Notes under the pieces: model-generated | Told to the model about the DNA's origin: nothing | The model's input: the letters and a program-made list of their open reading frames with translations, nothing else | The model's database searches: none | Translations under genes and position numbers: made by a program | Part shown: positions 19,671 to 29,878 of the stretch, piece after piece | How positions within the stretch are numbered: the stretch's first letter is position 1 | How the letters are laid out: every line of letters starts with the position of its first letter | Assembly: GCA_016212105.1 (NCBI GenBank) | Contig: JACRHJ010000061.1 | Coordinates: 1,640 to 65,639, forward strand | Origin: Nitrospirota bacterium | GTDB taxonomy: Bacteria > Nitrospirota > JACRHJ01 | Direction: 5' to 3' | Length of the DNA: 64,000 bases

Positions 19671-20552
19671 CTATCTCACGATTTCCGATACCCTTACCAC
19701 ATCTATTCCCCGCGCCTTCAGGCGGGGCAGCTCCTCCGCGAGTACCGCGAGGGTCGCCGGGCGCGGGTGGCCTATGCCGACGGCGACGCCGTCCCGTGCA
19801 GCCTTTGCGACGAGTTTCTCCAGCTGCTCCCTTATCCGGGCCGGCTCGTCAATGTCGTCGAGGAATACGTCCCGCCCCCTGGCCATGACACCGAGACCCC
19901 TTGCCTCGGCCAGGGCGGCCGATCCGGACGTCGTCCGGCTGTCAACGAAGTAGAGGCCCCGCTCCTTCAGGACGCCCATGACGGCCTTCATCGCGCGGGG
20001 GTCGCGTGTCAGCGCCGACCCCATGTGGTTGTTGACGCCGGACGCGCTAGGCACGGACTCTAACCCCTGCGATGTTGCCTCGCTTAGCTCCGCATCGGTC
20101 ATGCCGGTCAGGAGCGCGCCCGGCCCCAGGCCATGCAGGCTGTCCCCGTCCGGCTGCATCGGAAGGTGCAGGAGTACCTCCATCCCCGCCGCCTTCGCGG
20201 CGAGCGCGGCGTCCGTGGAATGCCTCAGCCCCGGCAGGACCGCGACCGCGACAGGTGCACCTATCGCCTCGATGTCCGAGAGCGGCGCCATGTTCATGCC
20301 AATGTCGTCCATGATTACCGCGACCCGTGGACGAGGCTTCCCGGCCTTGGGCGGTATTTCCTCGCCCGCGCCAAGTTGTTCCGGCGGCTCGTGCTTTGCG
20401 GGAAGTGTTGGCCCGGCTGGTAATTCCACGGCCCTGTCCGGGCTGGTGAACAGGAGGTAGCCAAGGACGAACGCCGTGACGGCGAGCGTTACGAGCGCAA
20501 GCAGGAAGTTGAGCCAGCCGCCTTTGCCTGTTCCTGGTCCCGAAGCCGCCAT
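19671..20552 (-). CDS. Divergent polysaccharide deacetylase (YibQ-like)
   Basis: N-terminal TM; AVIMDDIG, LLHLPMQP, GVNNHMGS, FVDSRT, RDVFLD, IGHP. Confidence 0.92.
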   Translation of the reverse strand: MAASGPGTGKGGWLNFLLALVTLAVTAFVLGYLLFTSPDRAVELPAGPTLPAKHEPPEQLGAGEEIPPKAGKPRPRVAVIMDDIGMNMAPLSDIEAIGAPVAVAVLPGLRHSTDAALAAKAAGMEVLLHLPMQPDGDSLHGLGPGALLTGMTDAELSEATSQGLESVPSASGVNNHMGSALTRDPRAMKAVMGVLKERGLYFVDSRTTSGSAALAEARGLGVMARGRDVFLDDIDEPARIREQLEKLVAKAARDGVAVGIGHPRPATLAVLAEELPRLKARGIDVVRVSEIVR

Positions 20553-20723
20553 ATCAAACCCGCCCCCTGCTGGTCACATTCAGCCGAACGACCATTGTAT
20601 GCCAACGAGGGCTGGTTAGTCAAGCGGGCTGATGAAGACAGGCTGGGGCGGGCCGCTGCATTAAAACAAAGAAAGGGCCGACACACGGGTCGGCCCCTAC
20701 ACAAAAACGGCAAAACCAATAGC

Positions 20724-21215
20724 CTACGACACCAGCATGAACTGTTCCTTCGTCGCGCCGCAGATGGGGCATTTGTCCGGCGCCTCGCCGAGGACGGTGT
20801 TCCCGCAGACCTCGCAGACGTGGTAGTCCGGCCCGGCCGACTTCGACATCCCCGCGAGCGCCTCGGTGAACAGCCCCGCGTGTATCTCCTCGACCTTGTT
20901 GGCGACGTCGAAGCTCCACTTGGCCTTCTTGTTGCCATCGGCCTCGGCCACCTTGATGAAGCCGGGGTACATCTCCGTGAACTCGTGGGTCTCACCGCCG
21001 ATGGCCGAGTTCAGGTTGACGACCGTGTCTCCTATGCCGTCCATGATGCCCAGGTGGTTGTGGGCGTGTACCGTCTCGGCCGCGGCCGCCGCGCGGAAGA
21101 GCTTGGCAATCTGCGGGAAACCCTCCGCGTCCGCCTTCTTTGCGAAAGCTAGGTACTTCCTGTTTGCCTGGGACTCGCCCGCGAAGGCCGCGGCGAGGTT
21201 GTCGAGTGTCGCCAT
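20724..21215 (-). CDS. Rubrerythrin family protein
   Basis: AFAGESQANRKY, AETVHA, GETHE..MYP, VEEIH; C-terminal CEVCG...CPICG rubredoxin site. Confidence 0.95.
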   Translation of the reverse strand: MATLDNLAAAFAGESQANRKYLAFAKKADAEGFPQIAKLFRAAAAAETVHAHNHLGIMDGIGDTVVNLNSAIGGETHEFTEMYPGFIKVAEADGNKKAKWSFDVANKVEEIHAGLFTEALAGMSKSAGPDYHVCEVCGNTVLGEAPDKCPICGATKEQFMLVS

Positions 21216-21566
21216 GTCGATGGCTCCTTCCTATGTTAGTGGTTAGTTGATTGCCGTGCGGTTTGCATCTGACAATAATAGCACAACTTCAAGCCGACCG
21301 ATGAACCAAATCCGTCATTCCCGCCCCGGCTTCAGGCATACCGGGGTAAACTCCGGCGGGAATCCAGGAATTTGTAGTTGTCTTCATGTAGGGGCGGGTC
21401 CCCGTGCCCGCCCTCTCCAAAGCCAGGGCACCCACAGAGGGGTGCCCCTACAAATGGTGCGGGCGCAGTGAACTGCGCCCCTACAATTTCATCATATACA
21501 GGCGGGTTCTTCGAGGAGCCTGCCCCGGTACGCCTAAAGCCGGGGCTCAGAATGACACCGTTCGCG

Positions 21567-21998
21567 CTACCCCGCGTCCCGCTCTATCTCGCGCCTGAGG
21601 ATAGCCTTCAGGGCCTCTATCACCTTTATCGCCTGCGCCCTGGTGCGGACCCTGTCCATGCCGAGCCGTTTATGTATGAAACCTTCGAGACGCCCGGGGT
21701 TGTCCGACCAGCCGAGCGCGCCGGACAGCTTCGCTATAAGCGCCCTCTGCGCGGGCGTGACCATCTCTATCAGCTTGCCGGTCTCCGTCCTGGCAGGGAC
21801 GCCGAAAATTCTGGATCCGCCCTCCGGGAAGCCCAGCTCGCGGAAATGCTCCATGACCCTGAAGAAGCCCTCCGGGGTCAGGTCCTTTGAAGATGCCGCG
21901 TCCCCGTAAAGCGCGAGTATCTCCCTGTACTCCTCGCCGGTCAGGCCCAGCCTGGTCTTCGCCAGGTGTATCAGCTTTATCTGCCCCGTGCTTATCAT
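21567..21998 (-). CDS. Mu gp16/GemA-like (DUF1018) protein
   Basis: IKLIHLAKTRLGL..EEYREIL....SSKDLT......VMEHFRELGF and C-terminal AIKVIEALKAIL match the recalled DUF1018 pattern. Confidence 0.75.
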   Translation of the reverse strand: MISTGQIKLIHLAKTRLGLTGEEYREILALYGDAASSKDLTPEGFFRVMEHFRELGFPEGGSRIFGVPARTETGKLIEMVTPAQRALIAKLSGALGWSDNPGRLEGFIHKRLGMDRVRTRAQAIKVIEALKAILRREIERDAG

Positions 21999-22170
21999 GG
22001 CGCGCCCCCTCCCGGAGGTATAATGCCGCTGCCTATCTAAAGTATAGCACCGGGTGTGCGTGAATAACAGGGCGGACGCCATTTTAATTGACTGTCCCTT
22101 CCCCAAGTAGTATCATGAAAATCAAGAGGACGGGCAGTCCGTCCGGAACTCCAGAGCCACAGGGGGTACG

Positions 22171-23493
22171 ATGAAAAAGACATTTGTGCTCGACACCAAC
22201 GTCCTGTTGCACGACCCGAACTCCATATTTGCATTCGCGGACAACGACGTCGTCATACCCATCGTCGTGATAGAGGAGCTGGACAAGTTCAAGAAGGGCC
22301 TGGACGAGATCGGCAGGAACGCCAGGCAGGTGTCGAGGCATCTGGACGAGCTTCGTCTCAGGAACAAGCTCTCGGACGGCGTGACCCTCGATTCCGGCGG
22401 TATGCTCAGGGTGGAACTGAACCACAAGCACGAGGAGCCCTGCCCCCTGCCGATGGAACTCGACGCGGGCGTGCCGGACAACCGGATACTGATGATAGCC
22501 CTCTGCCTTTCGAAGGATTTGGGAGGCGCGCCGGTCGTCCTCGTGACGAAGGACACAAACCTCAGGATAAAGGCCGACGCGCTGGGCCTCCGCACGGAGG
22601 ACTACGAGACCGAAGGGGTTGACATATCGGAGCTTTACACCGGCGAGGCGGTACTGGAGGCCGGCCCCGACGAGGTGAACCGCTTCTTCGACGCGGGCGA
22701 GATGCCAGTCGCGGACGGGGAGTACTACCCGAACCAGTTTGTCCTTATCAGGGACACGATGAACCCGAACCATACCGCGCTCTCGAAGTACGTCCTCAAG
22801 AAGAAGGCGCTCGTCGCGCTCAAGGGCTCCCGCCAGGGGGTCTGGGGCCTGACCGCCCGGAACAAGGAACAGAACTACGCGCTCGACCTCCTGCTGGACG
22901 ACGACATCTCGCTCGTCACGCTCGTCGGGCAGGCGGGCACCGGCAAGACGCTCCTCGCGCTTGCCGCGGGGCTGGAGAAGACCGTCGAGGAGCGGGTGTA
23001 CAACAGGCTGGTCGTTTCCCGGCCGATATTCCCGCTGGGCCGGGACCTGGGATTCCTTCCCGGCGACGTGGAAGAAAAATTAAAACCCTGGATGCAGCCG
23101 ATATTCGACAACCTCGAATACCTGATGGGCGCGCCGGAGGGCCGGGGCAGGAAGCACAAGGACTTCCACGGCCTGGTGGACCTGGGCATGCTGGAACTGG
23201 AGCCGCTGACCTACATACGAGGCAGGAGCATGCCGAACAGGTACCTTATAGTGGACGAGGCCCAGAACCTGACCCCTCACGAGATAAAGACGATAATAAC
23301 CCGCGCGGGCGAGGGTACGAAGATAGTCCTGACCGGCGACCCGTACCAGATAGACAACCCGTACATCGACTCCTCCAGCAACGGCCTGACGTTCGTCGCG
23401 GAGAGGTTCAAGGACGAGGACATCTCCGGGCACATAACGCTCAAGAAGGGCGAGCGCTCGGAACTGGCGGAGCGCGCGGCACGGCTCTTGTGA
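22171..23493 (+). CDS. PIN-PhoH (YlaK/PhoH2-like) ATPase
   Basis: PIN: FVLDTNVLLHDP, VIEELDKFK, DNRIL, TKDTNLRIKA; PhoH: GQAGTGKT, GFLPG, YIRGRS, VDEAQN, GDPYQID. Confidence 0.94.
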   Translation: MKKTFVLDTNVLLHDPNSIFAFADNDVVIPIVVIEELDKFKKGLDEIGRNARQVSRHLDELRLRNKLSDGVTLDSGGMLRVELNHKHEEPCPLPMELDAGVPDNRILMIALCLSKDLGGAPVVLVTKDTNLRIKADALGLRTEDYETEGVDISELYTGEAVLEAGPDEVNRFFDAGEMPVADGEYYPNQFVLIRDTMNPNHTALSKYVLKKKALVALKGSRQGVWGLTARNKEQNYALDLLLDDDISLVTLVGQAGTGKTLLALAAGLEKTVEERVYNRLVVSRPIFPLGRDLGFLPGDVEEKLKPWMQPIFDNLEYLMGAPEGRGRKHKDFHGLVDLGMLELEPLTYIRGRSMPNRYLIVDEAQNLTPHEIKTIITRAGEGTKIVLTGDPYQIDNPYIDSSSNGLTFVAERFKDEDISGHITLKKGERSELAERAARLL

Positions 23494-23633
23494 TAATCTG
23501 ACTAATATCAGAGAGTTAAAGATTATCCTTGCAAAAACCGTAATAAGGATAGCCCTTATTACGCAAATCGCCGTAATTGCGTAATAAGTCTGTTGACGTA
23601 AATTATAGCCAGTGGTAGGCAATCCTATTTCTC

Positions 23634-23663
23634 TTGACTTTGCCGCCCCGACAACCTTATAAT
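23634..23663 (+). promoter_or_regulatory. Putative sigma70 promoter of the ccsB-hem operon
   Basis: TTGACT-N18-TATAAT upstream of the 23706 ORF. Confidence 0.5.
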
Positions 23664-23705
23664 TTAGAAGTTTTGGGCTATGCGTCAACTTCCGGAGGCA
23701 AGGCT

Positions 23706-23885
23706 TTGACATTCTTGTATGGACTGATGATACCGGTCGGGCTGTTCGGGCTCGGCTGGGGTTTCTGGGCCGCGCACAACGCGAAGAGGCCGCTGGACAT
23801 AGTCGGCTCGTTCGTCATAATAATCGGGTTCGTCGTGGCCCTGCTCGGGACGCTGCTCGTCTGCGTGCCGGGCTTTTTCAGCTGA
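23706..23885 (+). CDS. Small 2-TM membrane protein
   Basis: TTG start after GGAGG; two hydrophobic helices; leads the operon. Confidence 0.65.
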   Translation: MTFLYGLMIPVGLFGLGWGFWAAHNAKRPLDIVGSFVIIIGFVVALLGTLLVCVPGFFS

Positions 23886-23898
23886 TAAGGTGCTCGCA

Positions 23899-24363
23899 AT
23901 GGACAAGTCCACCGTCCTCAGGTTCTTCAGAAACGGCATCCTCATATTCCTCGTGATGTTCGCGATGGTATGGGCGAAGACGTATCACGCGGGAAACGCC
24001 CAGTTCAACGAGGGCGAGAAAAACCTGAAGATAAACAATGTCAAGGACGCGATAACCAACTACGAGACGGCTATCCACATGTACACGCCGTTATCGGGGT
24101 ACGTGCCGGACTCCGCGCAGAGGCTCTGGGAGATAGGCCAGGACTTCGAGAAGTCCGGCGACTACGACTGGGCGCTTATCGCATACCGGTCTCTCAGGAG
24201 CAGCTTCTACGCGGTACGGAGCTTCTACACCCCGTACCAGGAATGGATAGACCGCACGGAGAAGCAGATAGACCTGGTCCTCGCGGCTAAGCAGCAGCAG
24301 GAGATGTCCGCGCGGCCGGTCAACCCCCAGGAACCCATTTCAGGCGGGCCACAGTCCAGATGA
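23899..24363 (+). CDS. Membrane-anchored TPR-like hypothetical protein
   Basis: N-terminal TM, helical repeats (AITNYETAI, ALIAYRSLRSSFY); stop overlaps ccsB start. Confidence 0.75.
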   Translation: MDKSTVLRFFRNGILIFLVMFAMVWAKTYHAGNAQFNEGEKNLKINNVKDAITNYETAIHMYTPLSGYVPDSAQRLWEIGQDFEKSGDYDWALIAYRSLRSSFYAVRSFYTPYQEWIDRTEKQIDLVLAAKQQQEMSARPVNPQEPISGGPQSR

Positions 24364-25175
24364 GCAGGATACTCTTCGGCACAACGCTTTTCTTCTATTT
24401 CCTCGGCACCTTCCACTGCCTGCTGTACCTCATCAACCAGCGCGAGGGGATAGGGAAGGTCTGCCAGGTAGCGACCATAGCCGGCTTCGGCTTCCACACG
24501 CTCTCCCTCATATACAGCACCGTCCAGACCGGGTACGTCCCGATGACGAACATCCGCGAGTCGCTTGCCTTCTACGCCTGGGCGATAGTCCTGATATACC
24601 TGATACTCGAGTACCGCTACAAGATACGCGTCCTGGGCGCGTTCGTCATACCGCTCGCGTTTATAGCCATCGTGGTCTCGCTGACCTTCCCGATAGTGGA
24701 CACCCCGCTCCCGGAGTACTTCAAGAGCGCGTGGCTGGGAATCCACACGACGCTCGCGTTCCTCGCGGACGCAGCCTTCGCCATCGCGTTCGGCGTCGGT
24801 ATAATGTACATAATCCAGGAGCGGCAGTTGAAGCACAAGACCGCGGGCGCGTTCTACCGCCGGCTGCCGTCGCTCGACGTCCTCGACGAGCTGAACTACA
24901 AGTCGGTGGCGATAGGCTTTCCGCTCCTGACGCTCGCCATAGTCAGCGGCTCCATCTGGGCGAACTCGGTCTGGGGCAACTATTGGGGCTGGGAGCCCAA
25001 GGAGATATGGTCGCTCATCACCTGGCTGGTTTACGCGGTGTACCTGCACGCGCGCCTCATATCCGGGTGGCGCGGCCGCAAGGCGGCGTACCTCGCGGTG
25101 GCCGGGTTCCTGATAGTGATATTCACCTTCCTGGGCGTAAATCTGTTGTTGCCGGGCAAGCACGCGTTCCAGTAG
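24360..25175 (+). CDS. ccsB: System II cytochrome c biogenesis protein CcsB/ResC (CcsA-type)
   Basis: Multi-TM; WWD domain GSIWANSVWGNYWGWEPKEIWSLITW..Y..YLH; conserved His. Confidence 0.94.
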   Translation: MSRILFGTTLFFYFLGTFHCLLYLINQREGIGKVCQVATIAGFGFHTLSLIYSTVQTGYVPMTNIRESLAFYAWAIVLIYLILEYRYKIRVLGAFVIPLAFIAIVVSLTFPIVDTPLPEYFKSAWLGIHTTLAFLADAAFAIAFGVGIMYIIQERQLKHKTAGAFYRRLPSLDVLDELNYKSVAIGFPLLTLAIVSGSIWANSVWGNYWGWEPKEIWSLITWLVYAVYLHARLISGWRGRKAAYLAVAGFLIVIFTFLGVNLLLPGKHAFQ

Positions 25176-25484
25176 GGGGCAACGGTTGTCATTGCGAGGA
25201 GTCCCGCGTTTCGCGTGACGACGCGGCAATCTACTCCTTTGTCCGTCATTCCCGCGAAAGCGGGAATCCAGTGACTTTGCCTGTCATTCCGAGCGAAGTC
25301 GAGGAATCTGCTGTTTTGTTTGAAGAGTAAAGCAGGTCCCTCCACGTTGGTCGGGACGACAACAACTACACAGGAAGGGCCGACACACGGGTCGGCCCCT
25401 ACATATAGAAGCAACGGATTTATTATTCAATCCACTCTCCTTGCGGGAGAGGGGTTGAGGTGAGGGGTTTCCACCAGGTTTCTC

Positions 25485-26819
25485 ATGGATATAATCGTAG
25501 TAGGCCTCAGCCACAAGACCGCCTCCGTGGAGGTGAGGGAGAAGCTTTCGTTTCCGGAGGCGAAGCTCCCCGACGCGCTCGCGTGCCTCGGGCGGGTGGA
25601 CTCGGTCAACGAGAACGTCATACTCTCGACCTGCAACCGGGTCGAGACATACGCCGCCGTCAAGGACGTCGAGCGCGGCATAGAGCGCGTCAAGGACTTC
25701 TACCTCGAGTACCACGGCCTGTCGGACGCAAAGTACCGTGACAGCCTGTACGCCTACCACGGGCGCGAGGCCATCCGCCACTCGTTCAGGGTCGCGGCGT
25801 CTCTCGACTCGATGGTCGTCGGCGAGCCGCAGATACTCGGCCAGTTGAAGGACGCCTTCGACCACGCCCTGACCAACAAGACCTCCGGCCTTGTGATGAA
25901 CCGGCTGATGAAGAAGTCCATCTCCGTGGCGAAGAGGATACGCACGGAGACCAAGATAGCCGAGTCCGCGGTCTCCATCAGCTTCGCTGCGGTGGAACTT
26001 GCGAGGAAGATATTCGGGAACCTCGACGGCAAGTCGTGCATGCTGGTCGGGGCGGGCGAGATGGCCGAGCTTGCGGCCAAGCACCTCGTGAACAACGGCG
26101 TCAAGTCCGTCCTCGTCGCCAACAGGACGTATGAGAACGCGGTAAAGCTCGCGGAGGAGTTCGACGGCAGGGCCGTCAGGTACGAGGACCTGGTGCCGGA
26201 GCTTGTGCACGCGGACATAGTGATAGCGTCCACCGGCGCCGCGCACTACATCCTGACGCAGAAGGACCTGGCCAAGGTTATCAGGGACAGGAAGAACAGG
26301 CCTGTCTTCCTGATAGACATCGCAGTGCCGAGGAACCTCGACCCGGACATAAACAAGATAGACAACGTGTACCTCTACGACATAGACGACCTTCAGACGG
26401 TCGTCGCTTCGAACATAAAGGAGCGGCAGAAGGAGGCCGAGCTTGCCGAGGAGATCATCGAGGACGAGATAGACACCTTCCTCGCGTGGTTCAACTCGAT
26501 AGACGTCGTCCCGACGATAGTCGCGCTCCGTGACCACGCGGAGTCCATCAGGCAAGCCGAGCTGGAAAAGTCGCTTTCGAAGATGGGCGACCTCTCCGAG
26601 AAACAGAAGAAGCAGATAGAGGGCCTGACGCAGGCGATTGTGAACAAGCTACTGCACACGCCCCAGATAGTCCTCAAGCAGAGCGCGAGCGACCCGGAGG
26701 GCTCCGCGTACATACAGTCCGCGCGGGTGCTGTTCGGCCTGTCCGAGCCGGACGCGACCGACCATGAGGAGGCGCACCCCGGCCACGAGGCGGAGGCGGA
26801 ACGGCCCGGGGCAAGGTAA
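25485..26819 (+). CDS. hemA: Glutamyl-tRNA reductase
   Basis: GLSHKTA, LSTCNRVE, LDSMVVGEPQILGQ, GAGEMA, ANRT, IDIAVPR. Confidence 0.98.
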   Translation: MDIIVVGLSHKTASVEVREKLSFPEAKLPDALACLGRVDSVNENVILSTCNRVETYAAVKDVERGIERVKDFYLEYHGLSDAKYRDSLYAYHGREAIRHSFRVAASLDSMVVGEPQILGQLKDAFDHALTNKTSGLVMNRLMKKSISVAKRIRTETKIAESAVSISFAAVELARKIFGNLDGKSCMLVGAGEMAELAAKHLVNNGVKSVLVANRTYENAVKLAEEFDGRAVRYEDLVPELVHADIVIASTGAAHYILTQKDLAKVIRDRKNRPVFLIDIAVPRNLDPDINKIDNVYLYDIDDLQTVVASNIKERQKEAELAEEIIEDEIDTFLAWFNSIDVVPTIVALRDHAESIRQAELEKSLSKMGDLSEKQKKQIEGLTQAIVNKLLHTPQIVLKQSASDPEGSAYIQSARVLFGLSEPDATDHEEAHPGHEAEAERPGAR

Positions 26820-26915
26820 TCGGCATTGCTCGTCATTCCCGCGAATGCGGGAATCCAGGAAGTTGATTTTATGTAAGAGCCGTACCAAGCGAAGCGCGTG
26901 TCGGCCCATCATGAA

Positions 26916-26948
26916 CTTCCTGGACCCCGTGTCAAGCACGGGGCGACA
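26916..26948. repeat. Family F repeat CTTCCTGGACCCCGTGTCAAGCACGGGGCGACA
   Basis: Copies at about 47284, 51901, 55558 (interrupted), 56835, 58302 (interrupted), 59423, 62038(-). Confidence 0.9.
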
Positions 26949-27087
26949 AACAATAAGGTGCGGGCGCAATTAATTGAACCCCAGCAATAATCTGATACAA
27001 GCGGATTCTTCGCGCAGCCTGCCCCGGTATGCTTAAAGCCGGGGCTCAGAATGACAACGTTGGCGGGCGCCGCCCGCCATTTGATTT

Positions 27088-27120
27088 CACGAACACGAAA
27101 CACGAACACGGATCACGTCC
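27088..27120 (+). repeat. CACGAACACGAAACACGAACACG short tandem repeat
   Basis: Identical 23-mer at 63923-63945; both followed by NNNCACGTCC. Confidence 0.85.
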
Positions 27121-27137
27121 GTCCAGGAGGTCTCGAC

Positions 27138-28100
27138 TTGTCCGACAGAAACAAAATAGTAATAGGCACGCGCGGCAGCATGCTCGCGCTCTGGCAGGCC
27201 GAGTACGTCCAGAGGACGCTCATGACGCACTGCCCCGGCGTCGAGGTCACGCTCACCAAGATAAAGACGACCGGCGACATGATACTGGACGTCCCGCTGG
27301 CGCAGGTCGGCGGCAAGGGGTTGTTCGTCAAGGAGATTGAGGAGGCGATGCTCCGGGGCGAGATAGACCTCGCCGTCCACAGCATGAAGGACGTGCCGAC
27401 GGTCCTGCCGGACCCGTTACACCTGCGCTCCATGCCAAAGCGCGAGGACCCCAAGGACGCCTTCCTCTCCGCGAAGTACGCGAAGTTCGCCGACCTGCCC
27501 CAGGGTGCGACGGTGGGCAGCTCCAGCCTGAGGCGTCAGTGCCAGTTGATGGCCGTACGGCCGGACATAAAGGTAGAGTCGCTCAGGGGCAACCTCGACA
27601 CCCGCATCAGGAAGATGGAGGAGGGGCTGTTCGACGCCGTGATACTGGCGGCGGCCGGCATCCGCCGTCTCGGCTGGGGCGATAAGATAAAGGAGTACAT
27701 AGATGCGGACGTCTGCCTCCCGGCCATAGGCCAGGGCGCGATAGGCATAGAGTGCCGGAAGGACGACGAGTTTATCAACCGCGTCCTGATAGAGGCGCTC
27801 CAGCACCAGGACACGTGGGACTGCGTCGTCGCCGAGCGTGCCTTCCTCAAGCGCCTCGAAGGCGGCTGCCAGGTCCCAATCGCGGCCTATGCTACTATCA
27901 TCCGCGAGGGCGGCGGGGAAAAGCTCCGGCTTGCCGGCCTGGTCGGGAGCATCACCGGCGACAGGATAATCAGAGACAGCATGGAGGTCGCCGTGGCGGA
28001 CGGCGAGAAGGCGGGCGTGGAGCTTGCCGAGAAGCTGCTCGGCCTCGGCGCGGCGGAGATACTGAAGGAAGTGTACGGCAAGGACGTTACCGGATATTAG
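27138..28100 (+). CDS. hemC: Hydroxymethylbilane synthase
   Basis: IGTRGSMLALWQ, GGKGLFVKE, AVHSMKDVP, SSLRR, LRGNLDTR, AERAFL..LEGGCQVP; TTG start after AGGAGG. Confidence 0.98.
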   Translation: MSDRNKIVIGTRGSMLALWQAEYVQRTLMTHCPGVEVTLTKIKTTGDMILDVPLAQVGGKGLFVKEIEEAMLRGEIDLAVHSMKDVPTVLPDPLHLRSMPKREDPKDAFLSAKYAKFADLPQGATVGSSSLRRQCQLMAVRPDIKVESLRGNLDTRIRKMEEGLFDAVILAAAGIRRLGWGDKIKEYIDADVCLPAIGQGAIGIECRKDDEFINRVLIEALQHQDTWDCVVAERAFLKRLEGGCQVPIAAYATIIREGGGEKLRLAGLVGSITGDRIIRDSMEVAVADGEKAGVELAEKLLGLGAAEILKEVYGKDVTGY

Positions 28101-28121
28101 TACAGGGGAGGTAGCGGTAGT

Positions 28122-29063
28122 ATGGCAAAGTTAGTATCTGTCCTTTCGGCTCTGATGTTTGTGCTTCTTGTCGCGTCCGCGGGACACGCGGGCAAGTGCG
28201 AGGTTAACCAGCCCAGATACGTCCCCCCGGCGGACGAGACGGCCAAGAAGGCCGACGCCGCATATGCAAAGGGCCTGCGGGCTATGATGGAAAAGAGGCT
28301 GGACGACGCGGTCGCCGGGTTCGAGGAGTCCCTGAAGCTCGACCCCAGGGCCTACAATACGCGCCTCACGCTCGCAAATGTATACCGCATCCAGAAGAAT
28401 GACGGCGAGGCCGAACGCGTGTTCCGCCAGGCAATAGAGGCGGAACCGAAGTTCCCCGCCGCCTACGAGGCGCTGATGGTCCTGCTTACCGACCACGGGC
28501 GTGGCAAGGACGCGGCTTCGGTAGGAGATGCCGCGCTGGCTGGGGGGATACCTGAAAAGTCGCTGCCAACGCTCGGCTGGTCATACTACCTTGCTGGTGA
28601 GAAGGAGAAGGCCGGCGCCTGTTTCGGCCGGAACATCGAGTACCGGCCGGGTGACTATTATGCGAACAGGGACATGGGCGCATACCTGCTTGAGGGCGGA
28701 GACGCGGCCGGGGCACTGAAGCACTTCGACCTCGCCGAGAAGGCTCTCCCCGGCCAGGCCGTGACGTCGTACCTGAAGGCGGCCGCATACAGGGCGCTCG
28801 GGGACGAGGTAATGGTGTTCGAGCATGTTCGGGAGATGATCAGGCGCGACGACGGCTTCAAGTTCAACACCGACAAATACGCCAGACAGAACCTCCCTCA
28901 CAGCAAGCCTCCGGACCTCAGCAAGTACCTTTTCAACCTGAGCGACGAGTTCCTGAAAAAGAGGGGCGGCCAGGATACCGGCCAGGTTGAAAGTCAGGCA
29001 CAGGGGGAGCCCGGCGGGACGAGCGGGGAATCCGTAACGCCCGCGGAGCCCGAGGTCAAGTGA
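28122..29063 (+). CDS. Exported tetratricopeptide repeat protein
   Basis: Signal peptide ending AGHA; several TPR motifs (AVAGFEESLKLDP, AERVFRQAIEAEP). Confidence 0.82.
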   Translation: MAKLVSVLSALMFVLLVASAGHAGKCEVNQPRYVPPADETAKKADAAYAKGLRAMMEKRLDDAVAGFEESLKLDPRAYNTRLTLANVYRIQKNDGEAERVFRQAIEAEPKFPAAYEALMVLLTDHGRGKDAASVGDAALAGGIPEKSLPTLGWSYYLAGEKEKAGACFGRNIEYRPGDYYANRDMGAYLLEGGDAAGALKHFDLAEKALPGQAVTSYLKAAAYRALGDEVMVFEHVREMIRRDDGFKFNTDKYARQNLPHSKPPDLSKYLFNLSDEFLKKRGGQDTGQVESQAQGEPGGTSGESVTPAEPEVK

Positions 29064-29878
29064 CCGTCCCCGCCGTTAACGTTAAACAGGGCGCCGCCCT
29101 GCCCCTCGCGGGCCGCAGGGTCGTCGTCACGCGCGCGACCGAGCAGGCTGGCGGCTTCGTCAGGATGCTCGAATCGGCCGGTGCGGACGTGGTCGAGTTC
29201 CCGACGATAAAGACCGTCCCGCCCGAGAGCTGGGAAGGCGTTGACAGGGCGGTGGCCGGGCTGTCCGGTTTCGGCCATGTCCTGTTCACCAGCGCGAACG
29301 CGGTGAAGTACTTCATGGCAAGGATGGCGGAGCTGGGGCACGAGCCCGGCGAGCTTTCCGGTCATGGTATAATAGTAGTAGGGCCCAGGACGGCCGCGGA
29401 GCTTGGGAAATACGGGCTGAAGCCGACGGTGACCCCGGCCGAGTTCAAGGCCGAGGGGGTAATCGAGGCGCTGTCAGGGATGGACATGAAGGGGCGGCGG
29501 GTGCTCTTCCCGAGGGCCGAGGTGGCGAGGGAAATCCTGCCGGAGAAGCTCGCCGGGATGGGCGCGGAGGTCGTGGTCGCGGTCTCGTACCGCACCGTCG
29601 CGCCGGACGTGGCCCCGGAATACATCAGGGAACTTTTCGCCGGGGGCAAGGTCTCGGCGATAACGTTCACGAGTTCGTCCACGGTGACGAACTTCGCCGC
29701 GATGGCGGGCGGAGGGGTGGCAAGGTTGCTTGAAGGGGTCTGCGTGGCCGCCATTGGGCCCGTAACGGCCGATACATGCAGGGAGGTCGGGCTGTCCGTG
29801 ACGGTAATGCCTGAGGACTACACGGTCGAGGCCCTGCTCGATGTCTTAACGGGTTATTTTAAAAGGGAGAAGGTCTGA
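29060..29878 (+). CDS. hemD: Uroporphyrinogen-III synthase
   Basis: GRRVVVTRA, FTSANAV, VGPRTA, FTSSSTV, AIGPVTA. Confidence 0.95.
   Translation: MTVPAVNVKQGAALPLAGRRVVVTRATEQAGGFVRMLESAGADVVEFPTIKTVPPESWEGVDRAVAGLSGFGHVLFTSANAVKYFMARMAELGHEPGELSGHGIIVVGPRTAAELGKYGLKPTVTPAEFKAEGVIEALSGMDMKGRRVLFPRAEVAREILPEKLAGMGAEVVVAVSYRTVAPDVAPEYIRELFAGGKVSAITFTSSSTVTNFAAMAGGGVARLLEGVCVAAIGPVTADTCREVGLSVTVMPEDYTVEALLDVLTGYFKREKV

Noticed and set aside
21567-21998. Prophage around the GemA-like gene
   Set aside because: The neighbours are housekeeping genes; there are no structural, transposase or integrase genes.
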